64,000 nt of DNA, from assembly GCA_965248925.1 (NCBI GenBank), contig CBDFLE010000006.1, forward strand, positions 3,456,001-3,520,000. The letters are read 5' to 3'. Every line of letters starts with the position of its first letter. Within the stretch, counting starts at the first letter, position 1. Positions 47,207 through 56,715 of the stretch are shown here, piece by piece. A program made the position numbers and the translations under genes. The stretch comes from Candidatus Multivoradales bacterium (lineage in GTDB: Bacteria; Acidobacteriota; Thermoanaerobaculia; Multivoradales; J023). The notes below the pieces were generated by a model, which was not told where the DNA came from, made no database searches, and saw only the letters and a program-made list of their open reading frames with translations.

Positions 47207-48283
47207 ATGAGGCAGGCAGCTAAAGGAAGAAGCACTTGGACGATGGCGCTCGGGCTGGTCGTCGCGCTCCTGGCGGTGACGATGCCGGCAACAGCGATCG
47301 CGCCGATCTCCGAGTCGAGCTACGCCGAAACTCGCCTCTGGACCTTCGAGCACCAAGACCCCGCCGGCAGTAGGGCCGAGCGAGGCTTAAGTAGAACAGG
47401 CATAGAGGGTTACCAGCTCTCAAGCTGGAAACCGCGTCGGGCTGTCCCCTTCACCCGAGGGGGTCAGCAGGTGGCGTTGCACAACTACTTTCCCTTTGGT
47501 CAAGAGGCGACCAGCGCGGAGGCTGACGAGATCCAGCTGAAATTCACCGGCCATGAGCGGGACAAGACCGGGACCGGCAGCCGCTCCGAGCTGGACTATA
47601 TGCATGCTCGGCATTGCAGCCCGGTGGTGGGGCGGTTTTTGAGTGTGGATCCATCTCTGGGTAGCCGGTCCTCACCACAGAGTTGGAATCGCTTCTCTTA
47701 CGTCAGCAACAGTCCAATCAACCAGGTAGACCCGGACGGAAGGCTTGGGTTTCTGGTAACTGCATTTCTTGGCGGAGTCGTAGATGTTGGGATTCAAATT
47801 GCGAGCAACGCGCTTTCAGGGGAAGAGCTCACAACAGGCGTAGCCGGGGCTTTCGTCACCGGAGCAGTGGCTGGTGCCACAGGTCTTGGGCTATTGAAGG
47901 TGGCTGGTAGGGGAGCGAAGCTCGTAGGAGCCGTAAGAAATGCAAAGAAACTGAAGAAGTCAGCTGCTGCTGCTGACGCAGCTAGAGCGGGCGCAAAGGG
48001 GGCAGCGGAGGTTTCGCAGAAGGTTGCAAACCAGGCTAACCACATCTTCGGTTCAAAGAACCTCGCAAAACATAGGCTCGGCGGGGTTCTCGACGCCTTC
48101 GGCGGAGACCAGGTCGCGGCGTTACGATCCATAGAGTCAAGTGCACAGAAGCTCGCAGCCAGCGGGGCTATCGAGGGTGTTTTCCGAACAGTGGTGAGGG
48201 TTGGAGAACAATCGGTCATGGTGAGGGGCCGTGTGATTGATGGTGTCGTGAACATCTCCACTGCCTTCATCCCGATCCCATAG
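47207..48283 (+). CDS. Signal-peptide leader fused to Rhs core and toxin tip 2a
   Basis: Leader MALGLVVALLAVTMPATA joins TRGGQQVALHNYFPFG at the 47451 junction; PINQVDPDGR; tip ending VRGRVIDGVVNISTAFIP. Confidence 0.85.
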   Translation: MRQAAKGRSTWTMALGLVVALLAVTMPATAIAPISESSYAETRLWTFEHQDPAGSRAERGLSRTGIEGYQLSSWKPRRAVPFTRGGQQVALHNYFPFGQEATSAEADEIQLKFTGHERDKTGTGSRSELDYMHARHCSPVVGRFLSVDPSLGSRSSPQSWNRFSYVSNSPINQVDPDGRLGFLVTAFLGGVVDVGIQIASNALSGEELTTGVAGAFVTGAVAGATGLGLLKVAGRGAKLVGAVRNAKKLKKSAAAADAARAGAKGAAEVSQKVANQANHIFGSKNLAKHRLGGVLDAFGGDQVAALRSIESSAQKLAASGAIEGVFRTVVRVGEQSVMVRGRVIDGVVNISTAFIPIP

Positions 48284-48287
48284 GAGT

Positions 48288-48647
48288 ATGCGGATGAGCA
48301 CGGAGAGCCTGGAATCTGCTGTCATCAGCAGAATGTTGGATGACCCTGAACTTTCACCTTGCCTTCGTTCGCTCGACCCCTTGTCACTGGTGATGTCGGA
48401 GCGGAACTTCAGCCAAGTAGGGTTCATCACCAGCTTCGCTCGGACTTCTGGAACAAAGCTGTTCGGTGACGACATCTCCATGCGGTGGGGAAAGGTTATT
48501 GTGCGCATCAATTCCGAGATTGATGTGGACTTCGTCGTCTATGTGGATGACGGATACCTGACCGGAATTGAAGGCTGCACCTTCGGCGGCGAGTTGTGGC
48601 CCTCCGAAATAGAAGCGTTCGAGTTGACTGATCTGCCGGATGGTTGA
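48288..48647 (+). CDS. Putative immunity protein 2a
   Basis: Directly follows the toxin; acidic; ERNFSQVGFITSF...FVVYVDDGYLTGIEGCTFG. Confidence 0.8.
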   Translation: MRMSTESLESAVISRMLDDPELSPCLRSLDPLSLVMSERNFSQVGFITSFARTSGTKLFGDDISMRWGKVIVRINSEIDVDFVVYVDDGYLTGIEGCTFGGELWPSEIEAFELTDLPDG

Positions 48648-48951
48648 TCGTCGTGCCGGCGGAGTGCCAGCGGTCACGCCGCTTCGAATCCAGGAGCACG
48701 ACGGTCACCTTCAAACGTTGGGCCTGTCTTCGATCGGGAAGTTGGAACTCGCGGTAGCGGTGTCGCCGGGAGTCTCGGCCGAGACAGCGCGGCAACTTCT
48801 GCACTCAGCAGCTTCCTACATGGTTTCGGTCAACTACCGGCCCGAGGCGGGGGAAATCCTGTGCTATGAGGGCCAGTGCTACCGGCTGGAGCCGGTGCGG
48901 GGTGGCCTCCTGCTGCTGCGTCCGGTGATTGGCAGTGAGGCCGCCAGCTAA
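48640..48951 (+). CDS. Hypothetical protein, possible accessory immunity
   Basis: Overlaps the immunity stop; LQTLGLSSIGKLEL motif; a variant occurs in unit 3. Confidence 0.5.
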   Translation: MVDRRAGGVPAVTPLRIQEHDGHLQTLGLSSIGKLELAVAVSPGVSAETARQLLHSAASYMVSVNYRPEAGEILCYEGQCYRLEPVRGGLLLLRPVIGSEAAS

Positions 48952-48958
48952 GCCGCGA

Positions 48959-49330
48959 TCAGGGGGCAGCGGTGGCTGATTCCTGGGTGACGAGGTCAAC
49001 GAACTTCTTCTTGGTCAGCAGGCCATCGATGATCTTGATGACGGCAGCCTTTTCCTCGGGGTCGAGGCGTTCGAGCAGCTCCATGCGCTGGGCGAGAGGC
49101 TGATCTTCGAGCCGGACGGGTCGAAACTCTCCCTCTTCTTCATTCAGCAGAAAGTCGGTCGTCACCTCGAACTCTGAGGCGAGCTTGCGCAGCAGGTCAA
49201 TGGACGGCTGGTAGCGGCCGTTCTCAAGCCGGCTGATGTGGCCAGTGCTAACCCCGAGGCGCTTGCCGAGTTCGCCCTGGGCCCACCTGTGCTCAGCGCG
49301 GAGCTTTCGGATCTTCTCTTGAAGGGTCAT
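48959..49330 (-). CDS. XRE-family repressor (type B)
   Basis: LQEKIRKLRAEHRWAQGELG...ISRLENGRYQPS; ATG at 49330. Confidence 0.9.
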   Translation of the reverse strand: MTLQEKIRKLRAEHRWAQGELGKRLGVSTGHISRLENGRYQPSIDLLRKLASEFEVTTDFLLNEEEGEFRPVRLEDQPLAQRMELLERLDPEEKAAVIKIIDGLLTKKKFVDLVTQESATAAP

Positions 49331-49428
49331 TGATCGTCGATTTCCTGGCCTCTTGGGCCGAATTTCCACTAATTCTAAGCGCATACGGTGATTTGCGCAA
49401 GTAATTCGGGCGAGAACGTACGCTCTGC

Positions 49429-49457
49429 TTGACGATGATAGGCGCATGCGTTATTAT
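49429..49457 (+). promoter_or_regulatory. Putative promoter of the symE-primase-integrase operon
   Basis: TTGACG-17bp-TATTAT; repeated in unit 3. Unit 1 has TTGTAA-18bp-TATAAT at 41552-41581. Confidence 0.5.
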
Positions 49458-49538
49458 TTGTGCATGAGAGCAGCAAGGTGCCGTGGTCGCAACCGTTAAC
49501 TGCTCCAAGCGTGATGCGAAAACTGGAGGGAAATCTCA

Positions 49539-49835
49539 ATGACCGAGCACAAGCTAACAATCTCCGCCCTGTACCGCCCCGGCTGGCACGTCTTGCCCAG
49601 ATCGGCACGGCTGCCATTGCTGCAGATTGCAGGTCCGTGGCTCCAGGACGCTGGCTTCTACCCTGGTGCGCGAGTGCGGGTCGACGTGGTGGGCGAAGGG
49701 CGCCTGGTGGTGACGCGGGTGGAAGAAGGCGAGGAAGAGAGGGAAATGCAGCCGGTGGTGTGGGTGCCAGCGGATCAGATCGGCCGGATTGATGAGGTCT
49801 CGGCAAGTCGCCTGGCAGGAGCAGCCTGTGTCTGA
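49539..49835 (+). CDS. SymE-like protein 1 (unit 2)
   Basis: Near-identical to 41668-41964. Confidence 0.75.
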   Translation: MTEHKLTISALYRPGWHVLPRSARLPLLQIAGPWLQDAGFYPGARVRVDVVGEGRLVVTRVEEGEEEREMQPVVWVPADQIGRIDEVSASRLAGAACV

Positions 49836-50052
49836 GTCGAGAGCTGAGCGGCATCTGACGATCTCTACCCTGCACGAGCCCCGCGCACCGCACTACATCA
49901 ACGGTCCGTGCTCGGTGCGGCTTGTGCCGTTTGTGCGGATGCGGGGGGCTTGGCTGGAAGCAGCGGGGTTTCGCTGTGGGGAGCGGCTGCGGGTGGAGGT
50001 CGAGCAGGATCGTTTGGTGCTTACTCCGGTGGGATCGGAGGCGGCACGGTGA
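49828..50052 (+). CDS. SymE-like protein 2 (unit 2)
   Basis: Identical protein to 41957-42181. Confidence 0.8.
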   Translation: MSESRAERHLTISTLHEPRAPHYINGPCSVRLVPFVRMRGAWLEAAGFRCGERLRVEVEQDRLVLTPVGSEAAR

Positions 50053-53000
50053 GCAGGATTCCGGAAGCGGAAGTGGAGCGACTAAAGCGAGAAGTATCGG
50101 TGGAACGCCTGGTCCTGGCCCGCGGTGTAGAGCTGAAACGGCACGGGGCGGACCTGCTGGGGCTGTGTCCGTTTCACGACGACCACGAGCCGTCGCTGGT
50201 GATCTCGCCAAAGAAGAACCTGTGGCACTGCCTGGGCGCCTGCCAGGCGGGTGGCTCGGTGATCGATTGGGTGATGCGAGATCGCGGGGTGTCGTTTCGC
50301 CACGCGGTCGAGCTGCTGCGCTCGGATCTGCCGGCGGCGGCGGTCACTGAGGCGCGGCCTTCGGCGCCGGCTCTGCCTTCGCCGGTGGTGGCGGACGTCG
50401 AGGACGCGGAGCTACTCGGCCAGGTCGTCGGCTACTACCACGAGGCTTTGAAGGACAGCCCGGAAGCGCTGACGTACCTGGAGAGTCGGGGCTTGAAGCA
50501 CCCGGAGATGATCGAGCATTTCCGGCTTGGCTTCGCCAACCGGACGCTGGGCTATCGTCTGCCATCGAAGCAGCTGAAGGCGGGTAAGGAGATGCGGGGT
50601 CGATTGCAGAAGCTCGGCGTGCTGCGCAAGTCGGGTCATGAGCACTTCAACGGCTCGATCGTCTTTCCGGTCTTCAAGGGTGGCCGGGTGGTGGAGATCT
50701 ACGGGCGCAAGATCACACTGAATCTTCGCAAGGGGACGCCCTTGCATCTCTATCTGCCGGGTCCACATCGAGGGATCTTTAATGCGGAAGCTCTGGTGGC
50801 CTCGACCGAGATCATCCTCTGCGAGTCGCTGATCGACGCTCTGACTTTCTGGTGTGCGGGTTACCGTAACGTCACCAGCGCCTACGGCATCCAGGGTTTC
50901 ACCGCGGAGATGCTGGCAGCCTTCGGTGGCCACGGAGTCGAGCGGGTGCTGATCGCCTACGACCGTGACGATGCCGGCGAGAAGGCCGCCGGGAAGCTGG
51001 CCGAGAAGCTGGTGGGTGCCGGGATCGACTGCTACCGAATCCAATTTCCGCGTGGCATGGATGCCAACGAGTACGCGCTGAAGGTGACCCCGGCGGCGAA
51101 GTCGCTGGGGGTGGTGATCCGCAAAGCACAGTGGCTCGGCAAAGGCAAGCCGCCGGGCGTGAAACCGGGGTTTGGGCCAACAGCTGGCCTAATCGCGCCA
51201 ACGGTACGGCCAAACACAGCCGCAGAGGCGGTAATGGCTCCACCAACAGAGCAGCTGACATCATCGAATACCGCCGGAGAGGCGGTATTGGCACTGCCCG
51301 CCCCGGCCGAAGCCTCCCCACTGCCCGCACCGCCTCCGCCAGATATGCCGGCTGAGGTGCGCGACCAGGAGGTGGTCTTGTCGCTCGGCGATCGCCGCTA
51401 CCGCATTCGCGGTCTGCCGAAGAATCTGGCCTACGACGTGCTCAAGGTCAACGTCCTGGCGTCGCGGGGCGACGCCTTCCACGTCGACACTTTCGATCTC
51501 TACGCGGCGCGGCCGCGGGCGGTGTTTCAGCGGGCGGCAGCCGCTGAGCTGGGGGTCGAGGAGCAGGTGGTCAAGAAGGATCTGGGCAAGGTGCTGCTGA
51601 AGCTCGAGGAGCTGCAGGACGAGCAGATCCGCTCGGCACTCGAGCCGCAGTCGACGGCGGTGGAGCTGTCAGAGGGAGAGAAGGAAGCGGCGCTTGAGCT
51701 GCTGCGCTCACCAGATCTCTTGGTGCGCATCCTCGCGGACTTCGAGCGCTGCGGGGTGGTGGGCGAGGAGGTCAACAAGCTGATGGGCTACCTGGCGTCG
51801 ACCTCGCGTTTCCTGGAACGGCCGCTGGCGGTGGTGGTGCAGTCCAGCTCAGCGGCCGGTAAGTCGGCGCTGATGGAGGCAGTGCTGGCACTGATGCCAG
51901 GTGAGCAGCAAGTGAAGTACTCGGCGATGACCGGGCAATCGCTGTTCTACATGGGCGAAACGGATCTGCAGCACAAGATCCTGGCGATCGTCGAGGAGGA
52001 GGGGGCCGAGCGGGCTAGCTACGCCTTGAAGCTGCTTCAGTCGGAGGGCGAGCTGACGATTGCCTCGACCGGCAAGGATGCTTCAACGGGCAAGCTGGTG
52101 ACGCACGAGTACCACGTCGAAGGGCCGGTGATGATCTTCTTGACGACCACGGCAATCGACATCGATGAAGAGCTTTTGAATCGCTGCTTGGTGCTCTCGG
52201 TGGACGAGGCGCGAGAGCAGACGCGGGCGATTCACCGGCTGCAGCGGCAGCGGCGGACGCTGGAGGGGCTACTCTCGCGCACCCGGCGCGACGGGGTGAT
52301 GGCGCTGCACCAGAACGCGCAGCGGCTGCTGCGGCCGCTGGCGGTGGTCAATCCCTTTGCTCCGGAACTTACCTTTCTCGATACGCAAATCCGCACCCGC
52401 CGGGACCACGAGAAGTACCTGACGCTGATCGACGTGATTGCTCTTTTGCATCAATACCAGCGAGAGGTGAAGCTGGCGGTGGTCGACGGGCGAGAGGTGG
52501 AGTACGTCGAAGTGGTGGCCACAGACATCGAGACAGCCAACCGCCTGGCGCACGAAGTCTTGGGGCGCTCGCTCGATGAGCTGCCGCCGCAGACGCGGCG
52601 CCTGCTGGGGCTGATCGACGAGATGGTCAGCGAAGCCTGTGAGGCGCTGGCGATGGATCGGCCGGACTACCGTTTCAGCCGGCGGGCGGTGCGCGAGCAC
52701 ACCGGCTGGGGCAATACGCAGCTGAAGCTGCACCTACGCCGTCTTGAGGAGTTTGAGTATCTGCTGGTGCATCAGGGCGGGCGGGGGCAGAGCTTTGTCT
52801 ACGAGCTGGTTTACGTGGCCAGCGACGAGCCGGAGCGGCCGCGACTGCCGGGGCTGATCGAGGTCGAAACACTCAGGTACGACGAAAAGAAGTCGGGGTC
52901 TGAAGCTGAGAAGTCGGGGCCAAGTCGGCCCCAAGTCGGGGGGGTGTCGGGGGGTGGTCGGGGTGCAGTTTCCCAAGCAGAATCAACAACTTCGGCCGGA

Positions 53001-53111
53001 AATCGTGGAGTTTCGGCAAAAAACGCATATAAGGGGGAGCGAGAAAACGGCCCGTCATGTCGTAAACCTGGGCGTCGTACCGGCGGCTCGGCGGCGGTCG
53101 AGGGGGCCTGA
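50049..53111 (+). CDS. CHC2/TOPRIM primase-ATPase (unit 2)
   Basis: Near-identical to 42178-45243. Confidence 0.9.
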   Translation: MSRIPEAEVERLKREVSVERLVLARGVELKRHGADLLGLCPFHDDHEPSLVISPKKNLWHCLGACQAGGSVIDWVMRDRGVSFRHAVELLRSDLPAAAVTEARPSAPALPSPVVADVEDAELLGQVVGYYHEALKDSPEALTYLESRGLKHPEMIEHFRLGFANRTLGYRLPSKQLKAGKEMRGRLQKLGVLRKSGHEHFNGSIVFPVFKGGRVVEIYGRKITLNLRKGTPLHLYLPGPHRGIFNAEALVASTEIILCESLIDALTFWCAGYRNVTSAYGIQGFTAEMLAAFGGHGVERVLIAYDRDDAGEKAAGKLAEKLVGAGIDCYRIQFPRGMDANEYALKVTPAAKSLGVVIRKAQWLGKGKPPGVKPGFGPTAGLIAPTVRPNTAAEAVMAPPTEQLTSSNTAGEAVLALPAPAEASPLPAPPPPDMPAEVRDQEVVLSLGDRRYRIRGLPKNLAYDVLKVNVLASRGDAFHVDTFDLYAARPRAVFQRAAAAELGVEEQVVKKDLGKVLLKLEELQDEQIRSALEPQSTAVELSEGEKEAALELLRSPDLLVRILADFERCGVVGEEVNKLMGYLASTSRFLERPLAVVVQSSSAAGKSALMEAVLALMPGEQQVKYSAMTGQSLFYMGETDLQHKILAIVEEEGAERASYALKLLQSEGELTIASTGKDASTGKLVTHEYHVEGPVMIFLTTTAIDIDEELLNRCLVLSVDEAREQTRAIHRLQRQRRTLEGLLSRTRRDGVMALHQNAQRLLRPLAVVNPFAPELTFLDTQIRTRRDHEKYLTLIDVIALLHQYQREVKLAVVDGREVEYVEVVATDIETANRLAHEVLGRSLDELPPQTRRLLGLIDEMVSEACEALAMDRPDYRFSRRAVREHTGWGNTQLKLHLRRLEEFEYLLVHQGGRGQSFVYELVYVASDEPERPRLPGLIEVETLRYDEKKSGSEAEKSGPSRPQVGGVSGGGRGAVSQAESTTSAGNRGVSAKNAYKGERENGPSCRKPGRRTGGSAAVEGA

Positions 53112-54184
53112 TGCCGCGCCGTGGCGAGCGCAAGATCCGCCTCTTGCCGGGCAATCCAACCGACCCTCGGGGTTTCGCGGTGATGGCCGGCCAGTACCTG
53201 GAGTGGATGGCGATCAAGAACTACTCTCCACGAACCGTTGAGAACCGGCATCTATACCTCTCGTTTCTCATCGCATGGTGTGACGAGCGTGGAGTGTCGC
53301 GGCCGTCGGACGTGACCAAGCCGATTTTGGAACGCTACGCCAGGTGGCTCTACCACTACCGCAAGCCCGAGGATGGGCGGCCGCTGTCTTTCCGGGCTCA
53401 GCACTCGCGGCTGGTGCCGGTAAGGGCCTTCTTCAAATGGGCGGCTCGGGCCAACCACCTGCTCTACAACCCGGCCTCGGAGCTGGAGCTACCGAAGCTG
53501 GAGCACCGGCTGCCGGCGGCGGTGCTGACCGCCTCTGAAGCCGACCAGGTGCTCAACCAGCCCGACACCGCCGACCCGCTCGGGATGCGCGACCGAACAA
53601 TCCTTGAAGTCTTCTACTCCACGGGCATGCGCCGGGCTGAGCTGATCGGCCTCGGCCGTTACGATCTCGACATCGAACGCGGGACGGTGATGGTGCGCCA
53701 GGGCAAGGGTAGGAAAGATTGGATGATCCCGATCGGCGAGCGGGCGCTGGCCTGGATCGATCGCTACGTCACTGAGGTACGGCCGTCGCTGGTGGTCGAG
53801 CCGGACGGCGGGCCGCTCTTTCTCACCAACCAGGGGACGCCGTTTGCGCCGTCGCGAATGACTCAGCTGGTGCGCGGCTACGTGCTCGCCGCCGATCTCG
53901 GCAAGTCGGGCGCTTGCCATCTCTTCCGCCACACGATGGCGACGCTGATGCTCGAAGGTGGTGCGGATATCCGCTTCATCCAGCAGATGCTCGGCCACGC
54001 CAAGCTGGAGACGACGCAGATTTACACTCAGGTATCGATCCGCAAACTGAAGTCGATCCACTCGGCAACCCATCCGGGCGCGAAGCTAGGGCGGCGGGTG
54101 GCACCGCCGACAGAAGAAGACGGCAGCGATGAAGTGACCGCCGAGGACTTACTCGATGTAGTCGAGACCGAGGCGGAGGACTGA
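53111..54184 (+). CDS. Tyrosine integrase (unit 2)
   Basis: Near-identical to 45243-46316; catalytic residues intact. Confidence 0.93.
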   Translation: MPRRGERKIRLLPGNPTDPRGFAVMAGQYLEWMAIKNYSPRTVENRHLYLSFLIAWCDERGVSRPSDVTKPILERYARWLYHYRKPEDGRPLSFRAQHSRLVPVRAFFKWAARANHLLYNPASELELPKLEHRLPAAVLTASEADQVLNQPDTADPLGMRDRTILEVFYSTGMRRAELIGLGRYDLDIERGTVMVRQGKGRKDWMIPIGERALAWIDRYVTEVRPSLVVEPDGGPLFLTNQGTPFAPSRMTQLVRGYVLAADLGKSGACHLFRHTMATLMLEGGADIRFIQQMLGHAKLETTQIYTQVSIRKLKSIHSATHPGAKLGRRVAPPTEEDGSDEVTAEDLLDVVETEAED

Positions 54185-54963
54185 CCCCCGCCCGAGCATC
54201 TGCGATCCACCACCTGAGCCCTCCGATCACCGGCCCGGAGCGAGGCTTCAGGTAGTCCAAGAAAAGAGTCTCCGAAAGCTCGCCCCACGCTCCGCCGGGG
54301 CGTGTGTCCCTCCGGTCGCTGCGCTCCCTCCGGGCACGGGCCAGCCGCTCCGCAAGCCGCGCGCCACCTGGGCCCCTCCTCGGACCTCCCAGATGTCACG
54401 CGGCTTGCATGGGTCGCTGTCCGATAGTGCGCGCCCTATCCGACCTGGCCCTCACACGCCCCGGCTCCGGGCCTACGGCCTTTCCATAACGCGTGCATTA
54501 TGGAAACTTGGGGTGAGCACTCCGCGAGCCTGCGATGGTCAGCGGCTTCGGAACCACGCCCCGCTCCGGGCCTCCTTGCCGAGATCCACCAGCCAGCACT
54601 GCGACGGCTCGGCCCGGCCCCGTCCGCCCCCTCAAGGGGGCTCCCCATCCTCCTCCCAAGACCCGCCCTGCGTCGTGGCCTCCGTACCCTGCGCGCGGCG
54701 CCCTGCGGTCGCCGTGCTCGGCTCCGGCCCCGCCGCCACCACGCCCCCAACGTGCAGATTGGTTTGGCGGCTGCGCCGCCGGCACCAAACTGCCGGAAAG
54801 ACCCGCGCTCGCTCCGACGACCAGCCCAACGAAAACGACCTAAGAAAACACCCACTGCCCGAAGAAAGCGGCCTAAGAAAACCGCATCCCGCCTCCGCAC
54901 CAACCACCCTTCCTCCTTTAGCCGCTGTCTTCGAGCGCCACCCGCGGCGTAGAATGGCCCGGC

Positions 54964-56040
54964 ATGAGGCAGGCAGCTAAAGGAAGAAGCACTTGGACGA
55001 TGGCGCTCGGGCTGGTCGTCGCGCTCCTGGCGGTGACGATGCCGGCAACAGCGATCGCGCCGATCTCCGAGTCGAGCTACGCCGAAACTCGCCTCTGGAC
55101 CTTCGAGCACCAAGACCCCGCCGGCAGTAGGGCCGAGCGAGGCTTAAGTAGAACAGGCATAGAGGGTTACCAGCTCTCAAGCTGGAAACCGCGTCGGGCT
55201 GTCCCCTTCACCCGAGGGGGTCAGCAGGTGGCGTTGCACAACTACTTTCCCTTTGGTCAAGAGGCGACCAGCGCGGAGGCTGACGAGATCCAGCTGAAAT
55301 TCACCGGTCATGAGCGGGACAAGACCGGGACCGGCAGCCGCTCCGAGCTGGACTATATGCATGCTCGGCATTGCAGCCCGGTGGTGGGGCGGTTTTTGAG
55401 TGTGGATCCATCTCTGGGTAGCCGGTCCTCACCACAGAGTTGGAATCGCTTCTCTTACGTCAGCAACAGTCCAATCAACCAGGTAGACCCGGACGGAAGG
55501 CTTGGGTTTCTGGTAACTGCATTTCTTGGCGGAGTCGTAGATGTTGGGATTCAAATTGCGAGCAACGCGCTTTCAGGGGAAGAGCTCACAACAGGCGTAG
55601 CCGGGGCTTTCGTCACCGGAGCAGTGGCTGGTGCCACAGGTCTTGGGCTATTGAAGGTGGCTGGTAGGGGAGCGAAGCTCGTAGGAGCCGTAAGAAATGC
55701 AAAGAAACTGAAGAAGTCAGCTGCTGCTGCTGACGCAGCTAGAGCGGGTGCAAAGGGGGCAGCGGAGGTTTCGCAGAAGGTTGCAAACCAGGCTAACCAC
55801 ATCTTCGGTTCAAAGAACCTCGCAAAACATAGGCTCGGCGGGGTTCTCGACGCCTTCGGCGGAGACCAGGTCGCGGCGTTACGATCCATAGAGTCAAGTG
55901 CACAGAAGCTCGCAGCCAGCGGGGCTATCGAGGGTGTTTTCCGAGCGGTTGTAAGGGTAGGGGAACACTCCGTCACGGTTAAAGGACGTGTGATTGATGG
56001 TGTAGTCAACGTCGGCTCTGCCTTCATCCCGATTCGATAG
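54964..56040 (+). CDS. Leader fused to Rhs core and toxin tip 2b
   Basis: Same protein as 47207-48283 except the last ~30 aa. Confidence 0.85.
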   Translation: MRQAAKGRSTWTMALGLVVALLAVTMPATAIAPISESSYAETRLWTFEHQDPAGSRAERGLSRTGIEGYQLSSWKPRRAVPFTRGGQQVALHNYFPFGQEATSAEADEIQLKFTGHERDKTGTGSRSELDYMHARHCSPVVGRFLSVDPSLGSRSSPQSWNRFSYVSNSPINQVDPDGRLGFLVTAFLGGVVDVGIQIASNALSGEELTTGVAGAFVTGAVAGATGLGLLKVAGRGAKLVGAVRNAKKLKKSAAAADAARAGAKGAAEVSQKVANQANHIFGSKNLAKHRLGGVLDAFGGDQVAALRSIESSAQKLAASGAIEGVFRAVVRVGEHSVTVKGRVIDGVVNVGSAFIPIR

Positions 56041-56050
56041 GAGTATACGG

Positions 56051-56404
56051 ATGAGTACGGAGATCCTGGAATCTGCTGTCATCGGCAGCATGTTGGACGA
56101 CTCAGAACTTTCACCTGGCCTTCGTTCGTTCGATCCGTTGGCACTCGTTGAAACAGAGCGGAACTTCAGCCAAGTAGGATTCATCACCAGCTTCGCTCGG
56201 ACTTCTGGAACAAAGCTGTTTGGCGATAACATCTCCATGCGGTGGGGGAAAGTTAGTGGACGCCTCAACTCCGAGATCGATGTGGGCTTCATCGTCTATG
56301 TGGATGACGGATACCTGACCGGAGTCGAGGGCTTCACCTATGGCGGGGAGCTGTGGCCCTCCGAGGTAAGAGCGTTCGAGTTGACGGATCTGCCGGACGG
56401 TTGA
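56051..56404 (+). CDS. Putative immunity protein 2b
   Basis: Diverged allele of 48288-48647. Confidence 0.8.
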   Translation: MSTEILESAVIGSMLDDSELSPGLRSFDPLALVETERNFSQVGFITSFARTSGTKLFGDNISMRWGKVSGRLNSEIDVGFIVYVDDGYLTGVEGFTYGGELWPSEVRAFELTDLPDG

Positions 56405-56426
56405 TTGTCGTGCCGTCGGGGTGTGA

Positions 56427-56708
56427 GTGGTGACACCGCTTCGAATCCAGGAGCACGGCGCTCACCTTCAAACGTCCGGCCTCTCATCAATCCGGAAGTC
56501 AGAACTCGCGGTAGCGGTGTCGCCGGGGGTTTCGGCTGTGGTAGCGTGGCGGCTTCTGCACTCAGCAGCTTCCTACATGGTTTCGGTCAACTACCGGCCC
56601 GAGGCGGGGGAAATCCTGTGCTATGAGGGCCAGTGCTACCGGCTGGAGCCGGTGCGGGGTGGCCTCCTGCTGCTGCGTCCGGTGATTGGCAGTGAGGCCG
56701 CCAGCTAA
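56427..56708 (+). CDS. Hypothetical protein, allele of 48640-48951 (5' end altered)
   Basis: Shares HSAASYMVSVNYRPEAGEILCY...GSEAAS. Confidence 0.45.
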   Translation: MVTPLRIQEHGAHLQTSGLSSIRKSELAVAVSPGVSAVVAWRLLHSAASYMVSVNYRPEAGEILCYEGQCYRLEPVRGGLLLLRPVIGSEAAS

Positions 56709-56715
56709 GCCGCGA

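Larger units (their letters stand above)
39909..47450 (+). mobile_element. Rhs-integrating element, unit 1 (7542 bp)
   Basis: Bounded by TCACCCGAGG at 39909 and 47451; carries toxin tip, immunity, XRE, two SymE-like genes, primase-helicase, integrase and leader. Confidence 0.85.
47451..55207 (+). mobile_element. Rhs-integrating element, unit 2 (7757 bp)
   Basis: Bounded by TCACCCGAGG at 47451 and 55208; same gene order as unit 1 with a different tip, immunity and repressor. Confidence 0.85.

Noticed and set aside
48185-48283. Diversity-generating retroelement acting on toxin tips
   Set aside because: No reverse transcriptase in the window, and differences are mostly third-position rather than adenine-specific.
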